This document shows, piece after piece, positions 9,122 through 18,231 of a stretch of 64,000 nt of DNA. Source of the stretch: a virus; the IMG/VR virus record IMGVR_UViG_3300028392_000041, positions 47,828 through 111,827 of that record; one strand, written 5' to 3'. The first letter of the stretch is position 1; each line of letters begins with the position of its first letter. The translations under genes and the position numbers were made by a program. The notes below the pieces were generated by a model. It was not told the origin of the DNA and made no database searches. It saw only the letters and a program-made list of their open reading frames with translations.

Positions 9122-9700
9122 TCATTTTAAATCCTTTACTAAGTCGCATAGTCCAAGTTTCTGTGCTTCCTGAGCAGATAACCAAATATCCTGCGGAGGA
9201 AGAAGTGTTTCTCTAATTTTTGGTTCAGTTAAACCTGTCACTTTTTTATAGTGAGCAATCATTCGTTTTGTTGTCAAATCGAATTCTTTAACTGTCGCAA
9301 ATAACTCATGCTCTTTGCCAAACGCACCCCAAGAATATTGGTGCGATAAAATTGAAGTGTTCGGTGTAAGAATTCGTTGTCCTTTAGTTCCTGAAGCAAA
9401 GATCAATAGACCTGCCGAAGAAACCTGCCCCAAACCGATTGTTCGAATTGGAATAGAAGAACCACGCATCGTGTCAATAACTGCGAACGCAGCATTCAAA
9501 TCGCCACCTGGAGAGCAGATAATTAAATTTAACAACTCTGGTGTTTCAGCAGTGAAGTTTGATTCAAGTATCCATTCTACCAATGGTTTTACCGAAGAAA
9601 GGGAAACTTCTTCCATAAGAAGAAAGAATCCGTGAGTAGATTTATCACCCTCTTTGAGAAAATCTAAATTCAATTTTTGCATCATACTATTTGCCATCAA
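9122..9700 (-). CDS. clpP: ClpP-like serine protease
   Basis: ICSPGGD, GQVSSAG (Ser), ILSHQ (His), QDIWLSA.EA..LGL.D (Asp). Confidence 0.9.
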   Translation of the reverse strand: MMANSMMQKLNLDFLKEGDKSTHGFFLLMEEVSLSSVKPLVEWILESNFTAETPELLNLIICSPGGDLNAAFAVIDTMRGSSIPIRTIGLGQVSSAGLLIFASGTKGQRILTPNTSILSHQYSWGAFGKEHELFATVKEFDLTTKRMIAHYKKVTGLTEPKIRETLLPPQDIWLSAQEAQKLGLCDLVKDLK

Positions 9701-9708
9701 TTACTCCA

Positions 9709-10248
9709 TTAGGGTTTATAAAAAATATGTCTACCAATCGTTACTGTTTTCTCTAATTTCCATCTAGGATTAACATAATCCGCATGATAAAATAAAGCAC
9801 CTTGAGTGTTATCTATCATATTACCATAGTTCATGTAAACATAAACTGCCACATCTTGCGCTTCTTTATAGACTTCTTTTTGTCTATCATTAAAATAATT
9901 AGTTTTATATAGCGATGTCATTTGCAATTTAGCATTACACCACCAAGAGAACTGACAAGTGTTTTGAGTTTTTTGTTTCACAACACTGCAAACAGAATCT
10001 TCAAATCCTTTATTAACTCTGTTCATTGTAACCAGCCCTACCGCAATCTTTCCATCTTTTGGTTCATAGGCTGATTCAAAATATATGTTGTCTGCCAAGC
10101 ATTCGACTTCTTTTTTAGCCGATGGGGTCAGATCTGAATAATCAATTCCACTTAACGGAATTACATTTTTACCATTTAAAGCAATCACTGGAGCAATAAT
10201 AATCAAACTTAGTATAGTTAATGTCGTATATAATATTTTCTTATGCAT
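9709..10248 (-). CDS. Cell wall hydrolase (SleB/Hydrolase_2) with N-terminal anchor
   Basis: CLADNIYFES..E...GK.AV..VT.NRV, CQFSW, GALFYHADYV.P.W, IGRHIFY. Confidence 0.88.
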   Translation of the reverse strand: MHKKILYTTLTILSLIIIAPVIALNGKNVIPLSGIDYSDLTPSAKKEVECLADNIYFESAYEPKDGKIAVGLVTMNRVNKGFEDSVCSVVKQKTQNTCQFSWWCNAKLQMTSLYKTNYFNDRQKEVYKEAQDVAVYVYMNYGNMIDNTQGALFYHADYVNPRWKLEKTVTIGRHIFYKP

Positions 10249-10305
10249 TACATCTCCTTAATGTGCAGAAGAAAGGTGTGCGAACACACCTTCCAATCCC
10301 ATTTA

Positions 10306-10578
10306 TCAGGTGGACTTTTTCGTAGTCTTAGTATCTAGGGGAATATTTGAAACAAAACCATTTAGGGTTTGAGCCTTTGCAATGATTTCAGTTTCTGATG
10401 GATAAGCTGGAAATCCTGGATGAACAGGCAACTCCCCACCATTGATTTTAGCAACTTCTAGTTGAGCATGCCAACTATTGCTAATTACTTCACGCTTACC
10501 GTAGTATTCATCGTTAAGCATGTCTTTCGCCATTTTTAAAAGTTCAAGGCGAATCTCGAACGGAGTCATGTTACTCAT
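10306..10578 (-). CDS. Phage hypothetical protein
   Basis: MSNMTPFEIRLELLKMAKDML; AAGGA SD; structured 5' UTR. Confidence 0.7.
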   Translation of the reverse strand: MSNMTPFEIRLELLKMAKDMLNDEYYGKREVISNSWHAQLEVAKINGGELPVHPGFPAYPSETEIIAKAQTLNGFVSNIPLDTKTTKKST

Positions 10579-10666
10579 ATTAATTCCTTTGTGTGTTAAT
10601 GAGTTGTGTGTAATGACAGTTTTTTATATGGTTACTGCCACCATATCCCATCCCTGGGACATAATA

Positions 10667-10840
10667 TTATTTAGGTGCTTCTGCTTTTTTCTTTGGAGTT
10701 GGTTTAGGACTCTTTGGAGCAGCAGGACAATTACCTTTCTTGTCCTTTGTTACACAGTTCGTTTCTTCTTTCTTTGCTGGTTCAGCAGCAAAAGTTGAGA
10801 AAGAAAATGCTAAAGCAGTAAGTAAGATAATTGTCTTCAT
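10667..10840 (-). CDS. Small secreted Lys/Pro-rich protein (57 aa; not in ORF track)
   Basis: MKTIILLTALAFSFSTFA signal peptide then AEPAKKEETNCVTKDKKGNCPAAPKSPK...; AGGA SD. Confidence 0.7.
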   Translation of the reverse strand: MKTIILLTALAFSFSTFAAEPAKKEETNCVTKDKKGNCPAAPKSPKPTPKKKAEAPK

Positions 10841-10849
10841 AGTAATTCC

Positions 10850-11293
10850 TTAGAATGAATATTTCAAGCCAGCAATAACAGTACTACCATCTAAAGAACT
10901 AACTTTAGATTGTCCTGCTTGATAACGATAATCAGCAGTGAGAGCAACTTGTTTGCTTAATGGATAAGAAACACCAGCACCAACTAATGCAGCATAGCCA
11001 TCAGTTGTATTCTTTTGATCCAAGTAAGCAACTCCACCTTTAACTGCGATGGTCGCTGCACCAACTGTTGCAACATCATACGAACCAACTAAAGTGTACT
11101 TGTTCATGTCAGTTCCAGTTTTGTATTGATCAAATCCAGCAGTGATGCCTACTTTATCAAACTTCTGTCCAACAGTAATACCTACACCAGTACGATCTGT
11201 ATTGGCAGTATCGCGACTTGCGTTGATACCTAGTTCAACTGCTTGAACACCCATAGATGCCAATAATGCTGCGATTAAAATAACTTTTTTCAT
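10850..11293 (-). CDS. Small outer-membrane beta-barrel protein (OmpA/Ail-like)
   Basis: Signal peptide, alternating beta strands, C-terminal AGLKYSF beta-signal. Confidence 0.8.
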   Translation of the reverse strand: MKKVILIAALLASMGVQAVELGINASRDTANTDRTGVGITVGQKFDKVGITAGFDQYKTGTDMNKYTLVGSYDVATVGAATIAVKGGVAYLDQKNTTDGYAALVGAGVSYPLSKQVALTADYRYQAGQSKVSSLDGSTVIAGLKYSF

Positions 11294-11314
11294 TTAATTC
11301 CCTTTTTAAAAAAT

Positions 11315-11605
11315 ATGGTAACTTATTCTGTTACGAGGAAAGTTACCGAAACCCTAGTCAGCGATTAAGCTGCCAATGCGAACTGTGAGTCGTTTGCGTT
11401 TACTTTTGTTTAGTTTTAACATCTACTCTGATGGGTTGTCCACTTCTATACTTGTTACCCTGTCGAAACCTAGTCACCCCCATCAGAAGCACACCCATTA
11501 GAGCCCATAAAATGGTTTCTTTCATCTAACACATGCACTTCTGGTGGAGGTGGGGAGAATCGAACTCCCGTCCAGAATACTTTTCTAGTTGCTTCACACA
11601 ACCAT
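11315..11605 (-). ncRNA. ssrA: Circularly permuted two-piece tmRNA; tag ANDSQFALAA
   Basis: Acceptor piece ...GGACGGGAGTTCGATTCTCCCCACCTCCACCA (ends 11542) precedes a 60-nt intervening stem and the coding piece GGGGGTGACTAGGTTTCGAC (starts 11481); G3-U70; tag ORF 11397-11365; outer ends approximate. Confidence 0.92.
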
Positions 11606-11641
11606 TCACCTATTATACATTATATATTTATTATAGTCAAA

Positions 11642-12292
11642 TTAAATACCTTTTAATTGCAAATATTCTTTGCGAAGATCTTTAAAATGTCCAATCCATT
11701 CATTCCTACGCTCTTCAAACACTTGTGGGGTATAATTATCAACCCCAACTATAATTACAAGTCTATTAACAGGAATTCCTGTCAACTCCTCAAACATAAC
11801 TGCATATGCAGAAGTCTGCATAAAGTAACCATGAATCCAATCACGATTTTTAAGTTTAGATGATGTTTTAAAATCAATGATAGATAACCTACCTTTATAC
11901 TCAGCAATACAGTCAACAGTTCCTGCAACTTGTAGATGGTGAGAATAAAGCGGACTCTCTAACGCATGTATATTATCTATATTATTTAATTCTGGGACGA
12001 GACTTTTAAATAGGTGCGAATCAAAGAAATCTGGTTGAGTAGGTTCTCCACGCAAATAGGATTCGCAGAGGGAGTGAATTTTGGTTCCTCTTGATGCTGC
12101 TCTGGTGGAGATTTTGTTTGCTTCTTCTTCTCCGACTCTTTTTCGCCAATCAAGGATTCCCTGTTTTGAGTGCAATCCAGTAACTGTGGTAACGGAGGGA
12201 TAGGATTTACCCGAAGGTGTGCGGTATAACCTGCCTTCGGGACTATCGATACGCTCCAGTTTCGCAAATTCATGATCAATAAATGTTTTCAT
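11642..12292 (-). CDS. PD-(D/E)XK exonuclease (Cas4/Exo5-like)
   Basis: YPSVTT, RGTKIH, AGTVDCIAEY.G.LSIIDFKTS, YFMQ.SAYA. Confidence 0.85.
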   Translation of the reverse strand: MKTFIDHEFAKLERIDSPEGRLYRTPSGKSYPSVTTVTGLHSKQGILDWRKRVGEEEANKISTRAASRGTKIHSLCESYLRGEPTQPDFFDSHLFKSLVPELNNIDNIHALESPLYSHHLQVAGTVDCIAEYKGRLSIIDFKTSSKLKNRDWIHGYFMQTSAYAVMFEELTGIPVNRLVIIVGVDNYTPQVFEERRNEWIGHFKDLRKEYLQLKGI

Positions 12293-12912
12293 TATGTAAG
12301 TAAATTAATGCATTCCTCATAGTGTTTAATACGATCTTCAAGACCAATGTATCCACCATTAATCTTTTTAGTCATTAACTTAATATCACCATTGTCAGCT
12401 TGAACATTTAACTTGTTCGCATTCCAAAACCAAATTGCTGACATAAGAGCAAAGTCGCGATCAGCAGTTACCCAGTCAGGATTATCAACAACATTCTGCC
12501 AGTCATCAAACATCTCTTGAGCAAATTTAGTATAGTTCGCACGACCAGTCAACTGAATTGGTCCACGACCACGATATCTATATCCATCACCAGATTCTGG
12601 ACCACCATTACCCATGCGATTAGCATAGATCTTATTAGCAATCATTTCTGGATGACGAGCATAAGGTGTTGCAGATTCAATAGTAGGGAAATACTTCTTG
12701 AAAATACTGTTTAATCCTTGTGCGGAATAGTTTAGGTTTTCTTCAAACACAGTCCAACCACCAGACTCATGCCCACACTGAGCAAGAAATGCTGCGACAC
12801 GATGTGGTGTATTAATATCGTAAGTTGGAAACACATTATTCATTGCCTCAGCCCAGCCATCTGGATCTTGCGCTCTTGGAAATAAGTGTTTAAATTGATC
12901 TCCTGTAATCAT
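12292..12912 (-). CDS. Endolysin, glycoside hydrolase family 19
   Basis: FLAQCGHES, ENLNYS, YRGRGPIQLTGRANY, INGG..GL.DR. Confidence 0.92.
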   Translation of the reverse strand: MITGDQFKHLFPRAQDPDGWAEAMNNVFPTYDINTPHRVAAFLAQCGHESGGWTVFEENLNYSAQGLNSIFKKYFPTIESATPYARHPEMIANKIYANRMGNGGPESGDGYRYRGRGPIQLTGRANYTKFAQEMFDDWQNVVDNPDWVTADRDFALMSAIWFWNANKLNVQADNGDIKLMTKKINGGYIGLEDRIKHYEECINLLT

Positions 12913-13676
12913 TTTCTGTCCTCGTAATCTTCGTATTTTAATTTAGCCAAGATATAATCTTTGACTAACGATGAGCGAACAATATCATTTACAGTAAATT
13001 CAATTCGAGTAAATGCCGACATATGTTGGGCAATATCAAAGAATTTAAGAATACCAGTAACATCGTTCTTTCTTTTATTTAGATCAGTTTGGCGATAGTC
13101 TCCACACCAAATAATCTTAGACATATGACCAACACGAGTCATAACTGTGTCAATTTCTTCATATGTCAAATTCTGCATCTCGTCAACAATAATAATAGCA
13201 TTGTCGAAAGACATACCACGGATGAAGGATGTAGAAATAAATTGAATATAACCTTGTTCTTCCAAACGATCCCAAGCATCCTTGCGGTCAAATAACTGAT
13301 GACAAATCTGACGATAAGGTTGTTCGTAGATTTCCATTTTCTCACCAACATCTCCTGGAAGATGACCAATCTCTCTAGATTGAACTGCTGAACGAACAAC
13401 AATAATCTTATTGAATGGATTTGATTTATCAAGCACTTCTTCTATTGCTTTATAAAGTGCGATAAAAGTTTTACCTGTTCCTGCTACACCATGAAGTGCT
13501 ACAAAATAATCACCACGCTTATACGCATCATAAAATAACTTTTGATTTTCAGTTAATGGTTGAAAAGTTTTTAAATTATCTAATCTTACTTTTAACTGAT
13601 TGCTTGCTATTGGCTTTGACTCACGAATTTCATTATTATCTTTTTCTACTACTGAAAGTGGCGATTTACGAGCCAT
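12909..13676 (-). CDS. phoH: PhoH-like ATPase
   Basis: GVAGTGKT, IGHLPG, RGMSF, DEMQN, GDYRQTDL, DIVRS. Confidence 0.93.
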   Translation of the reverse strand: MARKSPLSVVEKDNNEIRESKPIASNQLKVRLDNLKTFQPLTENQKLFYDAYKRGDYFVALHGVAGTGKTFIALYKAIEEVLDKSNPFNKIIVVRSAVQSREIGHLPGDVGEKMEIYEQPYRQICHQLFDRKDAWDRLEEQGYIQFISTSFIRGMSFDNAIIIVDEMQNLTYEEIDTVMTRVGHMSKIIWCGDYRQTDLNKRKNDVTGILKFFDIAQHMSAFTRIEFTVNDIVRSSLVKDYILAKLKYEDYEDRK

Positions 13677-13685
13677 TTAAATTCC

Positions 13686-13934
13686 TTAAATTTGTGAAGA
13701 TGTTTTATCGAAATCTGCGTAGGTAGTTTTCTCTTTAATTTTTTGTAGCACCTCCTTGAATCCTGAATCTTTTTTACGGACACCTAGTCGGACAGGATCA
13801 CCCATAGGAATAGGGGTGTCGTGGTATCTTTCGTGGGTTGGATTTGTTTCTTTGTACTGATCGTACTCTGAAATTTTCATAATAACATCAAAAATCTCGT
13901 CAGTTTCCGTATTACGGAATCTATATGTTGGCAT
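13686..13934 (-). CDS. FmdB-like regulatory protein (Cys-less)
   Basis: MPTYRFRN...GFKEVLQKIK; position before phoH. Confidence 0.6.
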   Translation of the reverse strand: MPTYRFRNTETDEIFDVIMKISEYDQYKETNPTHERYHDTPIPMGDPVRLGVRKKDSGFKEVLQKIKEKTTYADFDKTSSQI

Positions 13935-13957
13935 CGTAAAACTCCTTATAATTCTAT

Positions 13958-14500
13958 TTATGAAACCCAAGATGGGGTTTCACGATTTTTCCAAGAGAAC
14001 ATGCGAGTTTTGTCGCCAAGGTAGTAGTTTTTGTAAGACTGGATAGAATCTCCAGCAACTTTGTAGTGGTCAGGCATGGCTGGAGTTGGTTCAGTCCAGT
14101 TTCCTTCAGGTAAATTCTTAGGAAAGTTATTTTTGAGGATCTGCATCAAACCAATCGATTCAACTTTATGAATTTTCCCATAACGATAGGAATACTCTTT
14201 ACAGAGTTCTTCAAGCATTTCTGCTAGCCACATATAATTAGCAGCAGATTGTCTTACCCAAATAGCAGAGGGATGATTAATATGAGTAGCACTGTACAGT
14301 AAATGCTCACGATCGTCTTCGATAATGTATTGCTTCCGTTTGCGACCAGACTGAGATAAACCAGTAACAAGAATGCCGTCAAGATAGCGGTGGGCAGTAG
14401 AAAGTAATTGTGCATATTCTAAAATCATCTTTACGCAATGTTTGTCGACATGCATTTTAGCGCATGCCGACGGATCGTTATGTAAGTAAAAAATATTCAT
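13958..14500 (-). CDS. Pyrimidine-dimer DNA glycosylase / endonuclease V-like
   Basis: MNIFYL..DP..CA..H.DKHCVKMILEYAQLLSTAH, THINHPS..W.R. Confidence 0.8.
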   Translation of the reverse strand: MNIFYLHNDPSACAKMHVDKHCVKMILEYAQLLSTAHRYLDGILVTGLSQSGRKRKQYIIEDDREHLLYSATHINHPSAIWVRQSAANYMWLAEMLEELCKEYSYRYGKIHKVESIGLMQILKNNFPKNLPEGNWTEPTPAMPDHYKVAGDSIQSYKNYYLGDKTRMFSWKNRETPSWVS

Positions 14501-14973
14501 GATAAAAGTTTTATCGTTGAATCCAGTAATCGAATCGTTTCAGAAGAAGTAGTGTGTAAAATACCATGACCACCTGCTTCAACAAACGGACTAATACATC
14601 CAACAGAATCATCAATCAAAATTGAAGTAGGTGTTGCCCACTTCGCTTTTTCATCTTTACTTCTAGAAAAGTTTGCTCGGTAAGGAATGTTTTTCTCATT
14701 CAACCATTTAAGTTTCTGTGATTTCGCAGCCTCACCTTGTTCAGTTCGAAAAGTTCCCATTGATGTAAGAATCTCAATGTTGATTCCTTTCAGTTTTGCA
14801 ACATGGTTCAGCAATTCTTGAGTGTCACACATAAAGTCTAACTTCTCAAAAATACGATGTTCCATAACAGCTGATTGAAATTTCTTTCGATCTTCTTTCA
14901 ATGGGTCATATTTGGTGTATTCCTTGTTGAAATCAGCAAGGACACCATCCATATCTAAGTATAATGTAATCAT
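14497..14973 (-). CDS. HAD-family 5'(3')-deoxyribonucleotidase-like
   Basis: YLDMDGVLADF, ILTS, K..W, ILIDD motifs. Confidence 0.85.
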   Translation of the reverse strand: MITLYLDMDGVLADFNKEYTKYDPLKEDRKKFQSAVMEHRIFEKLDFMCDTQELLNHVAKLKGINIEILTSMGTFRTEQGEAAKSQKLKWLNEKNIPYRANFSRSKDEKAKWATPTSILIDDSVGCISPFVEAGGHGILHTTSSETIRLLDSTIKLLS

Positions 14974-15004
14974 AATATAATTATACCCTAACATTGAATT
15001 AATG

Positions 15005-15364
15005 TCAAGACTTTTTAATAAATTTGCTCAAATCAGGTTGAGTCCAGCCCTCTGGCTTCAAAATCTTACCATCTTCGCGACGAGTAACCTTACGAGTAGT
15101 AGGGTCAACTTTTGCCATATTGCTTCGAAGAACTTCATCCCACGCTTTTTGTACATCATAACCCTTCATGTGACAGAATCCAAGCGTAACCCAAATTAAG
15201 TCCATACAACCATCAAGCATTTCTACTTCATCACGATTCCAATGAGCATCAATAAACTCTTTGAATTCTTCTTCCATCAAAGACTTATATAATGCAGCAT
15301 TTTCAGGCGATGCTTTTTGATCGCATGCTTGTTGAAACATTAATACATCAAGTGGCATTCCCAT
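15005..15364 (-). CDS. MazG-like / PRA-PH NTP pyrophosphatase
   Basis: EEF.EF, D...DL.WV, EV.RSNMAK...REDGKILKP. Confidence 0.85.
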   Translation of the reverse strand: MGMPLDVLMFQQACDQKASPENAALYKSLMEEEFKEFIDAHWNRDEVEMLDGCMDLIWVTLGFCHMKGYDVQKAWDEVLRSNMAKVDPTTRKVTRREDGKILKPEGWTQPDLSKFIKKS

Positions 15365-15642
15365 TATTTGTTCCTTTCGGTGTCAAAGAAAAACTCTGAA
15401 TGACTGATATCATCTTGTGGTGTTTCCCACTCTGGTACTCGCCACTCAGGTGCTTCACCATAATTTTCATCAGGAACATAATCTAGCGTTCCTTCTGGGA
15501 AATAACCTACTCCACGAATAAACAGATCAGTATTCTGAAGTACATCAGATATACCATCAGCTTCAAATTCATAGGTAACTTTAGATTCAACTTTACCAGT
15601 GTACCAATTTGTATGTTCAGCAATTAGTGTAAATTTTGGCAT
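15364..15642 (-). CDS. Hypothetical protein
   Basis: Tightly packed ORF. Confidence 0.6.
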   Translation of the reverse strand: MPKFTLIAEHTNWYTGKVESKVTYEFEADGISDVLQNTDLFIRGVGYFPEGTLDYVPDENYGEAPEWRVPEWETPQDDISHSEFFFDTERNK

Positions 15643-15643
15643 A

Positions 15644-16081
15644 TTAAAAACCTCTTCCTTCGCCTTCTTTTGTGAAAAATGCTCTTACCTTTTGTTCTTC
15701 AGTCCAACCATTAGTATAGTCATTATCTTCGTCGCATAATTTTAATGCGTCATCATGAGAAATTACACGATGAGAAACAATTGTCTCACCAATATCTAAC
15801 TGTGAAAACTCTTTAGCGTCTTGACAAGTTACATCATCAAGCGCATATTCAGGATGGTCAGCTGGTGCTTGAACCATGTAACGCATACGATACTGTTGAA
15901 CACACTCAACAAGAACCCAAACTTTATCTGATTTACTCAAAGTCCAACTCCCATCTCCATTATCTTTCCAATTAAGATCATCACCGATTTTCCAACCAGT
16001 GCCTTCAAGAATTTCGTCATTCAATTCAATAAAGAACTCTCCATCTTCATTTTCTTGAACTTCCAATGTATACTTACTCAT
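15644..16081 (-). CDS. Hypothetical protein with AbrB-like N-terminus
   Basis: GEFFIEL.DEIL...GWKIGD.L.W. Confidence 0.55.
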   Translation of the reverse strand: MSKYTLEVQENEDGEFFIELNDEILEGTGWKIGDDLNWKDNGDGSWTLSKSDKVWVLVECVQQYRMRYMVQAPADHPEYALDDVTCQDAKEFSQLDIGETIVSHRVISHDDALKLCDEDNDYTNGWTEEQKVRAFFTKEGEGRGF

Positions 16082-16409
16082 AATTAATCTCCAACCAATT
16101 TGTTTCTTCAGGTAGAATCTCAATTTTTCCACCTACTTTATAAAGTCTATCACTCATATTTTGAAGAATTCCAGTACCAAATCCACTGGCACCATATAAT
16201 CCTTTATTACATTCATAAACTGAACCACTGGATCCTTCAAAGAAGAAGCAATCTTCTTTTTCGGTTACCTTAGTAATACCTGAATTTAATTTCCAAGAAT
16301 CGCCTTCAAGATAACCACCATACCAACAAGCAAAAACTTTATAGACAGGTGGTGTATCTTTTCCAGTAATTTTGACAACCATCCATTTGTCAGGATTGTA
16401 ATCACTCAT
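16074..16409 (-). CDS. Phage hypothetical protein
   Basis: PDKW.V.KI, YKVFA.W.GGYL.GDSW..NSGI. Confidence 0.65.
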   Translation of the reverse strand: MSDYNPDKWMVVKITGKDTPPVYKVFACWYGGYLEGDSWKLNSGITKVTEKEDCFFFEGSSGSVYECNKGLYGASGFGTGILQNMSDRLYKVGGKIEILPEETNWLEINYE

Positions 16410-17284
16410 ACTTCAACTACCTTTAACTCAAAACGATCAGCACGATCTTCGTAGTTGATGTAACCACGAGGATTACAAACAACACGACATTGTTTAATCA
16501 TGTAGTCAAAATCTTCATGAGTATGACCATGAGTCCACAATTTAATTCCTGGACGATCCATGATAAACTGATCCAACTGAGAATTATACGCACCATTCAT
16601 CAATTGATCATGTTTATAACGAGGATGCTCAGAACCTTTGCTTGGAGCATGATGAGTACAAACTACAACAGTCATCCAAGGTGGAGTCTCAGCGTAGGTG
16701 TCCTCAATAACTTTAAGCATTGCCTTGTGGTCTTCAACAACATGACGAGGTGAAAGAGTTGCTGGACGAATTTTAAACTTTGTAGTTTTATCGCCATTAT
16801 CGTTCTCACCCCAAACTCTGTAGTTGACCATTTCATTACTGTTCTCACAGATTTGAAAGTCATTCATGCGACGAGCAACATGATTCATGGTCATCTCATT
16901 TTCGCCATTCATGTCAGTCCAAAGAGTTCCACCAATAAAACGATAGTCGCCATGATCCCATACTTCTTTGTCCAAAACATGAATGTTCGGAAGGTAAGCA
17001 AGATTTTCTTTTAGAATACCCAGAGATTTTGCATAATCACCATGGTAGTGTTCATGATTGCCAGCGATATAAACAATATCATTAAACCGACTGCTACAAA
17101 GGCTGAAAAACTCGTGATAACGATTAGACTTAGCAGAGCCAACAAGGGTATCCCCAGTATTGGGAAGCAAATCACAAGCAGTGCAAATATCGCCAGATAG
17201 AATAAGGACTTCGGCATTTTGTGTGTTCTCAAGGTTAAGTTGTCCAAACTCTAAGTGGACATCGGAGCAAATAGCAATTTTCAT
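16406..17284 (-). CDS. Calcineurin-like metallophosphoesterase
   Basis: SDVHLE, GD, GNHEHY, THHAP, HGHTH, NPRGY. Confidence 0.9.
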   Translation of the reverse strand: MKIAICSDVHLEFGQLNLENTQNAEVLILSGDICTACDLLPNTGDTLVGSAKSNRYHEFFSLCSSRFNDIVYIAGNHEHYHGDYAKSLGILKENLAYLPNIHVLDKEVWDHGDYRFIGGTLWTDMNGENEMTMNHVARRMNDFQICENSNEMVNYRVWGENDNGDKTTKFKIRPATLSPRHVVEDHKAMLKVIEDTYAETPPWMTVVVCTHHAPSKGSEHPRYKHDQLMNGAYNSQLDQFIMDRPGIKLWTHGHTHEDFDYMIKQCRVVCNPRGYINYEDRADRFELKVVEV

Positions 17285-17339
17285 AGTAATTTCCTAACTT
17301 CATAACTCAATTATACTTGATATTTGAATTAATGTCAAG

Positions 17340-17945
17340 TTATTTAAATGGGACTCCACCAACCCAAGCTACAAGACTGTAGCGAGTTCCTGCAGTTACA
17401 GGTTTGACACGATGCATAACATAACTAGGAAAGAAGAAAACAGAACCACGAGTTTTTTCCATGTTAAGTTCATCTCTGCCACCAGTCCAAATTTGCAACT
17501 CTCCGCCAGTGTATTGAGCTGGATCAGTCAGCTGAACAACCATCGAAAGTTTACGAACAGTTCCATAGAGAATTTTATCAATATGAAAGTCGTATTTACC
17601 ACCAGGAGGTTTATACTCAGTAAACTGCATGTTTTCCGTAAATCCAAACAAATCGAAATTGAAAAATTTAGAATTTACTTCTTGAACAACTCCAGCCAAT
17701 TTATCATATGCCCAACCCATATCATCTTGAGAACCGAGCCATGTAATATTACTATCACGAATAGTTGTGTCAACAACCCCATTACCATTACCACCAATTA
17801 AAGCTGGTTTAATGATTTTATTCAATCCAATCTGAATAATTTTATCACATTCTTCAGGCGTAAAAACATTATTGGCATATGCCCAGTTTTCAACATTATC
17901 AGGTTTAAAAGCCCATAGAGCTGAGCCAGTTGGTGTTTTATCCAT
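17340..17945 (-). CDS. 2OG-Fe(II) oxygenase (PKHD-like)
   Basis: YDFHID...RKLS...GGEL...FPS..MHRV.PV..G.RYSLV.W. Confidence 0.9.
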   Translation of the reverse strand: MDKTPTGSALWAFKPDNVENWAYANNVFTPEECDKIIQIGLNKIIKPALIGGNGNGVVDTTIRDSNITWLGSQDDMGWAYDKLAGVVQEVNSKFFNFDLFGFTENMQFTEYKPPGGKYDFHIDKILYGTVRKLSMVVQLTDPAQYTGGELQIWTGGRDELNMEKTRGSVFFFPSYVMHRVKPVTAGTRYSLVAWVGGVPFK

Positions 17946-18228
17946 GTAACATCCTTAGTAGTCCAATCATATCAATAGTAGTTAGTAACAGGTAGTTAGC
18001 CAGCATCCCAAAAGATTTCCGAGTATAAGCGCACCAAGCATAGATTGCACAACCAGTAATCCACACAGGATAAAGAGCAAGCAACGGAGGATTGGGTACT
18101 GTGATTGCCATTGTAAGAGAGCAAAAAATGCTAATAGCCCAAGCAAGCAACTCGAGAACGAAACGAAAACGATTTGAAGTCCAGTCATCTTTTATCCATT
18201 TTAGTGTAGGTCCAAAAATATCTAACAT
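17938..18228 (-). CDS. Small membrane protein (about 3 TM)
   Basis: Hydrophobic segments; overlaps neighbour by 8 nt. Confidence 0.65.
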   Translation of the reverse strand: MLDIFGPTLKWIKDDWTSNRFRFVLELLAWAISIFCSLTMAITVPNPPLLALYPVWITGCAIYAWCAYTRKSFGMLANYLLLTTIDMIGLLRMLHG

Positions 18229-18231
18229 ATA

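Noticed and set aside
10615-10646. preQ1-I riboswitch call
   Set aside because: Topology fits, but the ligand-binding loop consensus is missing and the downstream gene is not recognisably queuosine-related; kept only as an unassigned pseudoknot.
11642-12292. Cas4 as part of a CRISPR system
   Set aside because: Stand-alone PD-(D/E)XK exonuclease usual in T4-like phages; no Fe-S cysteine set and no array.
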